Shown: positions 8,196-15,283 of the stretch, piece after piece
Layout: each line of letters begins with the position of its first letter
How positions within the stretch are numbered: position 1 is the first letter of the stretch
NCBI GenBank assembly: GCA_050749285.1
Contig: JBOGQX010000014.1
Location: forward strand, 126,397 to 158,396
Source of the DNA: Nitrosotalea sp.
Lineage (GTDB): Archaea; Thermoproteota; Nitrososphaeria; Nitrososphaerales; Nitrosopumilaceae
DNA length: 32,000 nt
Direction: 5' to 3'
Made by a program: the position numbers and the translations under genes
Notes under the pieces: model-generated
What the model saw: only the letters and a program-made list of their open reading frames with translations
Databases searched by the model: none
What the model was told of the DNA's origin: nothing

Positions 8196-9254
8196 TTACA
8201 AAAAGACTTTCTGCGAAATGCCTTTTATCCAGTCAAGGTCCTTTTCGTTTTTTACTAATGTAGATATTTTTATCACATCCCGGACATCCCTACTCTTTAT
8301 ATCATGCCAAACAAAATTAACTATTTTTTTTGAGAGATCCAGACTTATTGCTTGTTTTTGAAGGATGAATTTGGTTATTTCTAAGAATTGTTCGTATGTG
8401 TATTCCTTGAATCTAACACGGAGAAACCTTGAGAGTAATTTTTTACTAAATCCTGATACGTTATTGCATGAGCCAATTATCCAAGTCTTCATCTCTTTGG
8501 TTCTTGTCCTTCCATACTTGGTCTCTGATAGCTGGCCTGTTTGCATGAAACTAAATAGCGCAGCCAAATCCTTTTGATTCATTTCCTCCATCTCGTCTAT
8601 GATCAGATATCGAATATCATAAGAAAACAGAAAATCGGTAAGTCCTGCACGGGTTATGTTTGCTCCATCCAAAAAGAATGCCCCTGAAAGTTTTTCCATC
8701 TCCATCTGAAAAAGGGTCTTTGCACTTGCAGGAGGACCCACAAGTAAAACATGCACTGGGTTTGGCGAAGAAATTACTCGGTTTAGTAGTTCTTTTACCT
8801 CGTGATACCCTACTATGCTGGCAAACAAATCATTTGGGATGACCAATTCTCCTGGGAGTTCTTTTGCAGTCCTTAGCTCCAGGCTATGTTGAAGTATCTT
8901 TTTGACGTATTCCCTGTTTACAAGATGGTATTCCGTATGCTTGTTCGACTTGTACTTTATCGTAACTAGGCCTAATCTGAGCAATCGCTGGACGTGAAAA
9001 TAGCTATTCGAGACATCATGCCACTCCCATCCGATTGAGGCAATTGCATGACCATTGCTGCAAGTCCATTGGTCAGGAATTTCCTCATTTTCTGTTAGAT
9101 CAGAATTTTTTTGAATTTGAAATTTTTCTCCGCAATAAAAACAACTTTTTTGTTTTCCTTTTGTTTTTTCAAACTCAATTGCATTGTGTAAGACATCCAA
9201 AAGACCCTTTTCTTCTATAACTTCTGTTACCATAAAGCTACCTTTTTTTATCAC
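8196..9254 (-). CDS. AAA+ ATPase (RuvB/clamp-loader-like core) with an N-terminal zinc-ribbon and a probable winged-helix segment
   Basis: Candidate zinc site CFYCGEKF...WTCSNGH. The Walker A is atypical (LLVGPPASAKT), Walker B is YLIIDEMEEM, the sensor-1-like block is IIGSCN, and the RuvB/RFC-like block is LLSRFLRVRF. Confidence 0.6.
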   Translation of the reverse strand: MIKKGSFMVTEVIEEKGLLDVLHNAIEFEKTKGKQKSCFYCGEKFQIQKNSDLTENEEIPDQWTCSNGHAIASIGWEWHDVSNSYFHVQRLLRLGLVTIKYKSNKHTEYHLVNREYVKKILQHSLELRTAKELPGELVIPNDLFASIVGYHEVKELLNRVISSPNPVHVLLVGPPASAKTLFQMEMEKLSGAFFLDGANITRAGLTDFLFSYDIRYLIIDEMEEMNQKDLAALFSFMQTGQLSETKYGRTRTKEMKTWIIGSCNNVSGFSKKLLSRFLRVRFKEYTYEQFLEITKFILQKQAISLDLSKKIVNFVWHDIKSRDVRDVIKISTLVKNEKDLDWIKGISQKVFL

Positions 9255-9301
9255 ATTATTTTCGTCAAAAAAATATATTAATTTGAATTAAAATGAATAT
9301 T

Positions 9302-9320
9302 GACAAACAAATTGTTTGTC
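9302..9320. promoter_or_regulatory. Perfect 9-1-9 palindrome GACAAACAA-A-TTGTTTGTC, 48 nt upstream of the AAA+ gene start
   Basis: Read directly. It lies in the divergent intergenic region 9255-9520. Its AT-rich composition weakens the statistical weight. Confidence 0.3.
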
Positions 9321-9520
9321 CCCTATGTACCCATCACGTTGGTAGTTTGCTAAAATGATCATCCATTTCACCTCTATAGTAGGGATCTAGGGGATTATAC
9401 CACCATCATGTACTATTTTGGACTCATTTATTCATAAAATCATGGTTGCGGGCCTTATAGAACTCAAGCTTTTAGGTTCAGACTTGTAAGAGATTTTTAT
9501 CGGAGTTCCCGCCATATGTA

Positions 9521-9754
9521 GTGCATATGTCAGAACGTTCTCAAGAACATTCACCAAATAATTCTCATAGCCTTAGAGATCTCGTTATTCTTCTTGCAAT
9601 GCTCTCTGGTATGATAATTCTTGTTTTTAGACCATTTGGTTATAGGATGTTCCAAATTGGTTTGCAACAGCATAATGTATTTGCGGTAATTCTAGTTTTA
9701 GGAATTGTAGGAGTCATTTTAGTGATACTACAGCGACTAGGAATATTTTTGTAG
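9521..9754 (+). CDS. Small two-helix membrane protein (hypothetical)
   Basis: 77 aa with two hydrophobic stretches (LVILLAMLSGMIILVF and VFAVILVLGIVGVILVIL). The start is GTG 9521 or ATG 9527. Confidence 0.4.
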   Translation: MHMSERSQEHSPNNSHSLRDLVILLAMLSGMIILVFRPFGYRMFQIGLQQHNVFAVILVLGIVGVILVILQRLGIFL

Positions 9755-9890
9755 ACATGAACAGATGATATTGTTTTACCCTTTGTATCTGAACTAGTTT
9801 GTACTAGAATTCAAAATAAAAAATAGAGAAGGAGTTTGCAGCTACTCCAGTGAGCTTACTACACATTTCCTGTAAGTTTTTCTTCACAAA

Positions 9891-9945
9891 ACCGTCGGTG
9901 CTCGGACTGACTGTCAGTTCAAAAACTGCAAGGGCTTGCTCAAGT
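9891..9945 (+). repeat. Possible degenerate third copy of the terminal block of the 11.1-kb and 13.7-kb elements
   Basis: A CTGAC core at 9907 is followed 20 nt later by TGCAAGGGCT (9927-9936). Copy 1 has the same pair with 19-nt spacing. Overall similarity is only about 60% by eye. Confidence 0.3.
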
Positions 9946-10946
9946 TAACCAGAATTTTTTGCCCAGCCTCTCTCTAATAATTTCGTGGCAGTAGCTGGCT
10001 TTACACAAGCAGGTGTACCATCCTCCGCCTTGATAACTAGTTCAAGACCTTGTTGACATTTTAGATCCTTTGCTGGTATTCCAGATTTGAATTGTTTGAG
10101 AGGATCTTGATAAATTGTTCCAATTGTACCAACTGTACTAGATTGAGACTGGTTAGCAAATGACTTTTCTGTAAAAGGGCATATGACAAACGAATAATTT
10201 GCCTGTAAATCAAGTAATACTTTTTTTTGATCGTCAGAAAACGATGTAATGAGATTTCCATTTGCGTCATATTTGCAAAGTTTTGATACATCTACGTTAC
10301 ATTCTGGACATTGAAAATGGGTAAGCATCAAACTGTAGTATTCTTCATCGGTATGTAACAAATATTCGCTAACATCGGATGAAAGTTGGTTTGCTTGTGA
10401 TAATATGGTTGGAGCTCCAACTAGTGAACAAGAATTAGAACCATACAAAAGATGCCCATTCAGGGAATATCCACAGATTGCGGGTAAATTATCTGCAGAA
10501 GCATAACTGGAACTGTTAGATGTGATCAAGGCCGTTGCCCTAAAGATCAGCTGCTGCGTATCCAAATATGGAGGCGGGAGTGTTCTGTCAATATACTCTG
10601 CTGTCACAGTATCACCTTCCGATACATGAAGTCTATTTCCTGATGATGGAAAATTGGTTGAAAAATAAACATTTCCAAGAAAGATTCCTGAATTAGGTGC
10701 TGTTTCCACCATTTCAAGTCTTATCCCACTAAGATCCGAATCAGACCATACGCTTGTCTGAAAAGTTGTAATTGTCATCGGATTAAGACTAAGATCCTTG
10801 TCTGTGATTTCTACCGTTCCAGAAGAATTTGGTGAATAAGTTGTACGATCCCAGCTTGTCTCATTTTGAGCATTCGCTAAGGGTAACAGACTTGCGCTAA
10901 TTACTATGCAAAAAAGGAATACAATTAGTCGGATGCCCTTCAACAT
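9945..10946 (-). CDS. Secreted protein of unknown function
   Basis: 333 aa. There is an N-terminal signal peptide (LIVFLFCIVISASLLPLANAQ) and many paired Cys. The C-terminal module is CQQGLELVIKAEDGTPACVKPATATKLLERGWA. Confidence 0.6.
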   Translation of the reverse strand: MLKGIRLIVFLFCIVISASLLPLANAQNETSWDRTTYSPNSSGTVEITDKDLSLNPMTITTFQTSVWSDSDLSGIRLEMVETAPNSGIFLGNVYFSTNFPSSGNRLHVSEGDTVTAEYIDRTLPPPYLDTQQLIFRATALITSNSSSYASADNLPAICGYSLNGHLLYGSNSCSLVGAPTILSQANQLSSDVSEYLLHTDEEYYSLMLTHFQCPECNVDVSKLCKYDANGNLITSFSDDQKKVLLDLQANYSFVICPFTEKSFANQSQSSTVGTIGTIYQDPLKQFKSGIPAKDLKCQQGLELVIKAEDGTPACVKPATATKLLERGWAKNSG

Positions 10947-11097
10947 AGATGATATTCACATTGTTCTAATTAAATTTGGAATTGTTGAATAAATCAGGTA
11001 AAAACCGTATTGTACAACAGATATCAAACTTTCACTGATGAGCCTACAGATTCCAATCCTGTAAGACCCAGCTACTATTTTGGAATAATTGAGCCCG

Positions 11098-11356
11098 TTA
11101 ATGGGAATTAATCAGTATTCCATTACATGAGAGGGGAGTTGGTAGGATACCTAGCACGATGTGTGAAAAATGCATAATACAGACACGTTTTGGCAATCTA
11201 CTGACGGTAAAAGTTATCATAACAGACAGAATTCTTGGTACATTCTGACGATAAAATTTGGTTTTCTAACTGTGTGTAAACTCATCCTGACTGATTCTTA
11301 GACCGAGTCTGACGGTAAATTGGTACAATGCAAGGGCTCAAAGTACGTAGAGCCCT
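11098..11356 (+). repeat. Non-coding composite element, copy 1: conserved leader, six 21-22-bp periodic units (core CTGACGGTAAA), and a terminal hairpin
   Basis: Leader blocks are TTAATGGGAATTA and GGATACCTAGCACG. Cores start at 11201, 11223, 11245, 11266, 11287 and 11309, giving spacings of 22, 22, 21, 21 and 22. The terminal hairpin is AGGGCTC-aaagtacgta-GAGCCCT at 11333-11356. The element is homologous to 13646-13986. The strand shown is only the orientation shared by both copies. Confidence 0.85.
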
Positions 11357-11459
11357 AGTACCAGCAAAAATTCGGATGACGTTGAATTATTCATTCTTCT
11401 CATTACAAAACTTTCCGTGTTTGGCACACGAAAAATCCAAGATTAGAGAACGTGTAGAG

Positions 11460-11534
11460 GCAAGGGTCAAGACTGGATAGCAACCTTGCAAGAACCAGAC
11501 TTCCAATCCTCGGACTGCAGTCCACCAACCTGGT
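11460..11534. other. GC-enriched stretch with two adjacent hairpins; candidate structured RNA of unknown strand
   Basis: Hairpin 1 is GCAAGG (11460-65) paired with CCTTGC (11484-89) around an 18-nt loop. Hairpin 2 is ACCAG (11494-98) paired with CTGGT (11530-34), enclosing the perfect 12-nt palindrome GGACTGCAGTCC (11512-23). I could not fold it as a tRNA. Confidence 0.3.
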
Positions 11535-11707
11535 GTAAGCGCAATGGTGTTTCTTCTCCTTGATTGCTACCCAAATAATATACGTTCCCATAAAATAAAA
11601 AGGTAATCCACAGAATAATTTTTCGGCATATGCCACAAGTCTAGTATGCTACCAGATTTGCGGCAAAGTTTTATACCACTAAAATCTGAAAACAAAAATG
11701 CAAACCA

Positions 11708-12283
11708 TTAGTCAGATTGTGCACTGGTTATTTTTTGATCCTTGTGCCTCTCAGTCAAAATCATGGTACTGTATATGCCAATAATTGCACCATAAATGAC
11801 ATGTAATACAATAGCTCCGCCCATTATTAGGGAGAGATTTGCCTTCATAACGTCTAACATACGAATCTCATCATTTGTACCAAAGTTAGCATTACTTGTG
11901 ATGGAATTGATATCTGGAACTATGATATACAATGTAATTGGCATGAAAAATATTGCATACACCTCCAGGCCGGTAACACCCCCTCCAAGAATTCCCTTCC
12001 ATACGGTATTTAGATGAAGAATTGGATGTAATGTAGAACAGATGCAAAATACTGCACCGATGGTCATGGCAGTGAGCATATGGGCCAAGACTCCAAAGAT
12101 GGTTGCAGAGATACCGTGCAGCCCAACTGCAATTCCTATCATTGTGTACAAATCCCAAGGATCTAACTTTATGAACTTATCAAAGGCGACAAATACCAAA
12201 AGAATCATTATTCCGCCCAGAAAACCGGCTGTTACTCCAACTTTACCTTTTTCGTAAATTTCATTACGGCTTATTCTTCCCAC
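11708..12283 (-). CDS. Integral membrane protein of unknown function with ~5 predicted helices
   Basis: 191 aa with repeated hydrophobic segments (VTAGFLGGIMILLVFVAF, MIGIAVGLHGISATIFGVLAHML, GAVFCICS, VYAIFFMPITLYIIV, IMGGAIVLHVIYGAIIGIY). Confidence 0.6.
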   Translation of the reverse strand: MGRISRNEIYEKGKVGVTAGFLGGIMILLVFVAFDKFIKLDPWDLYTMIGIAVGLHGISATIFGVLAHMLTAMTIGAVFCICSTLHPILHLNTVWKGILGGGVTGLEVYAIFFMPITLYIIVPDINSITSNANFGTNDEIRMLDVMKANLSLIMGGAIVLHVIYGAIIGIYSTMILTERHKDQKITSAQSD

Positions 12284-12434
12284 ACATATTTATCGTGGGC
12301 AAAATATTTACGCAGTTCGGTATCCTACTTGTCCATAACTCCTAGGTTCTAATGGATTGAAAACAGGTCATCTTAAAATGCATAGAAAATCAAGATACTA
12401 AAACTACAAAAGGAAACAAAACACCACAGAATAT

Positions 12435-13019
12435 GTGGCCAGAGCAAACTCAAACGCCATAGTATACGCTATTGCCAAAATCTTCAGAGAATACATTGTT
12501 GATGCCAACAGTTTAACTTCTGAATATTCTTACAAATCCGCATCATCAAAGCTTGAAAGGCTCAACTTTATCCTCAAGGATGTGTCAATTTTTGCAGGCT
12601 TGATAAGCGGAGAGTATTTCTCGAACAAGGCAAACTACTGGACCGCAGGTCTCTTCATCTCAGCTGCAATAAACAAGGTAATAAAAGAGGATGACACAGT
12701 GACATTGGATTTTGCTGGCCTAGGCTGCCCTTCTGATTGCATCGGCTACAGATTCAAACAGGGCAAAATCGTATTGCAAAGCAATGCAGGAGATTACATT
12801 GGAGAAGGCATGTCCGGAGGCGAGATCACAATCCAAGGCAATGCAGGGTATTACGCAGGATATAACATGTCAGGAGGACACATCACAATCCAAGGTAATG
12901 CGGCGGGTCACGTTGGCACGTACATGTCAGGAGGTGTGATCCAAATAGAAGGCCAAATTGGATCCATAGCCCAGTCTTGCAGGGGCAGAATCTATCACAG
13001 AGGAACATTACTACAGTAA
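12435..13019 (+). CDS. GXGXG-motif beta-helix protein (FwdC / glutamate-synthase C-terminal-domain-like) with an unrelated ~110-aa N-terminal part
   Basis: Three tandem coils are present: GDYIGEGMSGGEITIQGNAG, YYAGYNMSGGHITIQGNAAG and HVGTYMSGGVIQIEGQIG. It has a GTG start. No other glutamate synthase or formylmethanofuran dehydrogenase subunits are in the window. Confidence 0.7.
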   Translation: MARANSNAIVYAIAKIFREYIVDANSLTSEYSYKSASSKLERLNFILKDVSIFAGLISGEYFSNKANYWTAGLFISAAINKVIKEDDTVTLDFAGLGCPSDCIGYRFKQGKIVLQSNAGDYIGEGMSGGEITIQGNAGYYAGYNMSGGHITIQGNAAGHVGTYMSGGVIQIEGQIGSIAQSCRGRIYHRGTLLQ

Positions 13020-13247
13020 TTTGTACAACTAGATTCGGGTCTCAACAGATTCGAACATGAATTAATCTTGAATAACGATTCTTATTATTTCGAAATCATA
13101 TAGGAAATCTAATGGATCTCAAAATAAGATATACGGACTTGTATGTTGTTGTAATTACAAACACGTAGAAATCTAAATTCTACATGCATATCATTGATAC
13201 TATAATTCTATATTGGATATGCTTATCATTTGTAAATTAAACGAAAA

Positions 13248-13430
13248 GTGATGGAGTTGATGGAATTACAAATGCCAGATGAGTCTTGTAGAGGTTGTGG
13301 AGGTTTGTTGATCAAATATTCTGTATGTGCTGGATGTCGAGGAACAATCCAAAAAATATGCAATAACTGTTCGTCAAAGACCGATCAGCAAATCCATGAT
13401 CATTGCTTTAAAATGGAATTAATTCACTAG
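13248..13430 (+). CDS. Small Cys-rich zinc-ribbon protein (hypothetical)
   Basis: 60 aa with CRGC..(13)..CAGC..(8)..CNNC...HDHC spacing, which would fit two zinc knuckles. Confidence 0.4.
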   Translation: MMELMELQMPDESCRGCGGLLIKYSVCAGCRGTIQKICNNCSSKTDQQIHDHCFKMELIH

Positions 13431-13532
13431 AATGAGAATTTAATTACCACAATCATATTCTACGAGGTAATTTATGAAATGACAATAAAAACCATAGACA
13501 ACTCTTAGATAAGATAAAAGATATCATAATCA

Positions 13533-13593
13533 TGCGGCCTACAATTTTTAATTGTGGCGACGATCCTACTTCACTCAGGGCTAGTAGGCCGCA
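13533..13593. other. GC-rich perfect 10-bp inverted repeat (TGCGGCCTAC ... GTAGGCCGCA) with a 41-nt spacer and a competing inner pairing
   Basis: Read directly. CCTACT (13565-70) can alternatively pair with AGTAGG (13583-88), which overlaps the 3' arm. At 60 nt it is too short for a tRNA and has no T-arm. Confidence 0.4.
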
Positions 13594-13645
13594 CCTCATT
13601 CTCAATGGATTTGGATCTTACCAGGTCAGATACAATATTGTCTCA

Positions 13646-13986
13646 TTAATGGGAATTAAGGAGTAATCTAGACACGGTGGGGGAGTGCGTGGGATACCTA
13701 GCACGGTACATGAAAAAGCTTGTGACAGGAACACATTATCTCTTTACTGACTGTAAACCTACGCTGATTTCACGCCACAATCACGGTTCCCTGACAGAGA
13801 AATTCAATTCTTCTGACGGTAAATTTAGATCATCGTCCGGTGAATAACTATCTTCTGACAGTGAAACATCACATCCTGACGCTGAATAATTTTCTTCTGA
13901 CGGTAAATCAACTCGCTCAGACTGATTCTTGAACCGAGTCTGACCGTAAATTAGTACAATGCCACGGGCTCAAAGTACGTAGAGCC
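13646..13986 (+). repeat. Non-coding composite element, copy 2: same leader, ~9 periodic units, and the same terminal block and hairpin
   Basis: The same leader blocks (TTAATGGGAATTA, GGATACCTAGCACG) are present. CTGAC cores start at 13747, 13791, 13813, 13855, 13876, 13897 and 13940, with degenerate units at 13764, 13834 and 13922. The last ~64 nt are about 90% identical to copy 1. The element ends 54 nt before ATG 14040. Confidence 0.85.
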
Positions 13987-14039
13987 TGCATCGAAAGTGG
14001 GTCCGATTACCATATAATAAACAATAATGAAATGAAATC

Positions 14040-15257
14040 ATGTCTCATGATGAGGCTATGCAAAATGCAATCCAGACAAGATTAGCAACGTATGATTACA
14101 AATCTGCTAACTTCAGGCTTGCACTAGTTAAAGAGAACGACTTCTGGAAAGTTGCAATTGCCCGCATAATTCTAGATGTTTTAGAACCAAAAGGGCAAGA
14201 CATGCATCTTAAACAGGATGATTTTGTCTTGGTGGATTTCTCATTGTCAATTGATGAATTCAAACAATTTCTCGAATATCTAAAACATGTCTACGTAGGA
14301 AACATAACCATAAAGGGCAATACTATCGATTTTACAGATGATCTACTCTTCAAACTTGGTGATTACAAGTTATGTTTTGTAGGAAACTTTCCTAGCCCTG
14401 AACCATATTTTTATGGAAGAGAAGTAGCAAGAACATATCATGGGATAGACAAACCAGTTTTCCTTGCAGAATATGCGATTTCTGGCCTTGCCTCCTCCAA
14501 ATTACTATACCACATTCAACCCACTAGCAGTGAAGTTCCATTTAGAAATGTCATTGAAGCATTAAACTACTACTGGCACACAGATTATCAACAATACAGT
14601 ATGCCAATGAATTCAAATATCTACTTCCCCAACTACGACGCCAGTATAGAAAATTTCACGTGCGAAAAGAAACATGCGGTGTTACAAATTGATATTGATA
14701 CCAAAAGGGTTAAGATATCTGATTTGAGTGTGGGATTAATTTTAGAAGCCAAAACTGGCAAGTATAGAAAAAAACATTTTCCAAAAGATCACAAATTAGA
14801 ATTAAATCTTGATTTTGAACCAGATTATGGTACCATCTATTTGTATAAGAATGAAAAAAAGATAGACGAGCTAAACTATCAATCTAGCGCGCATAAAGCA
14901 TTCTTTGAAAAAATAACAGGTACTGTAGAAGTAGGTATCCCCACGGGCGAGGAAGGAGGTGTCGTGGAGGAAGTCTCATCCACAATAGAAGAAGAAAGAA
15001 TTTTTTCACATGAATTTGTAAAAGAACTGCCTGAACATATCCAATTATTGGTTTATGAAGCTGATGAAGCATACCGTCATAAACTGTATAGAGCAACTGC
15101 TATCTTATTGCGTACTACTCTTGAAGAAGGACTAACTATAGCAATTAAACACGCTGGTAGAGAGCCTGATAAACCAAGGATACAGGTTTGTTGGAGTACT
15201 GCCAAACGGAAAAGTGATAGTGCAAAAGTGATTAACCTACGAAAACGCGAACTTTAG
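14040..15257 (+). CDS. Orphan 405-aa protein whose C-terminal helix pair resembles the start of a DUF4145-type domain
   Basis: It is a long ORF with a TATA-like ATATAATAAA about 35 nt upstream. I recognised no motifs in the N-terminal ~330 aa. EADEAYRHKLYRATAILLRTTLEEGL resembles the DUF4145 opening helices, but the ORF ends soon afterwards. Confidence 0.55.
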   Translation: MSHDEAMQNAIQTRLATYDYKSANFRLALVKENDFWKVAIARIILDVLEPKGQDMHLKQDDFVLVDFSLSIDEFKQFLEYLKHVYVGNITIKGNTIDFTDDLLFKLGDYKLCFVGNFPSPEPYFYGREVARTYHGIDKPVFLAEYAISGLASSKLLYHIQPTSSEVPFRNVIEALNYYWHTDYQQYSMPMNSNIYFPNYDASIENFTCEKKHAVLQIDIDTKRVKISDLSVGLILEAKTGKYRKKHFPKDHKLELNLDFEPDYGTIYLYKNEKKIDELNYQSSAHKAFFEKITGTVEVGIPTGEEGGVVEEVSSTIEEERIFSHEFVKELPEHIQLLVYEADEAYRHKLYRATAILLRTTLEEGLTIAIKHAGREPDKPRIQVCWSTAKRKSDSAKVINLRKREL

Positions 15258-15283
15258 CTTAATATAAGGAATAAAAAGGATCG

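Noticed and set aside
9440-9515. tRNA-like start GCGGGCC ... TTCCCGCCA
   Set aside because: Only 5 bp of the would-be acceptor stem pair, and there is no D-arm or T-arm consensus.
11490-11540. Intron-containing tRNA (a TTCCAA loop suggesting Trp-CCA, or the reverse strand suggesting Pro-UGG)
   Set aside because: The ACCAG/CTGGT stem could mimic an anticodon stem with an intron. However, I could not find an acceptor stem, D-arm or T-arm (GTTCRAATC) on either strand.
11403-11636. 77-aa minus-strand ORF
   Set aside because: It spans the GC-rich hairpin region, has an odd composition, and has no recognisable start context. It is more likely a by-product of a structured non-coding segment.
13045-13060. 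GTTCGAATC T-loop-like string on the minus strand
   Set aside because: The flanking bases cannot form a T-stem, and no acceptor stem is present, so it is a chance match.
11098-13986. CRISPR array interpretation of the periodic units
   Set aside because: The period is only 21-22 bp, with an ~11-nt degenerate core and no alternation of an exact repeat and a unique spacer of CRISPR dimensions. No cas genes are in the window.
15170-15257. Possible +1 frameshift near the end of the 405-aa ORF (alternative reading ...INQGYRFVGVLPNGKVIVQK)
   Set aside because: Neither frame restores a recognisable domain continuation, so a frameshift cannot be supported from the sequence alone. It is noted only as part of the truncation hypothesis.
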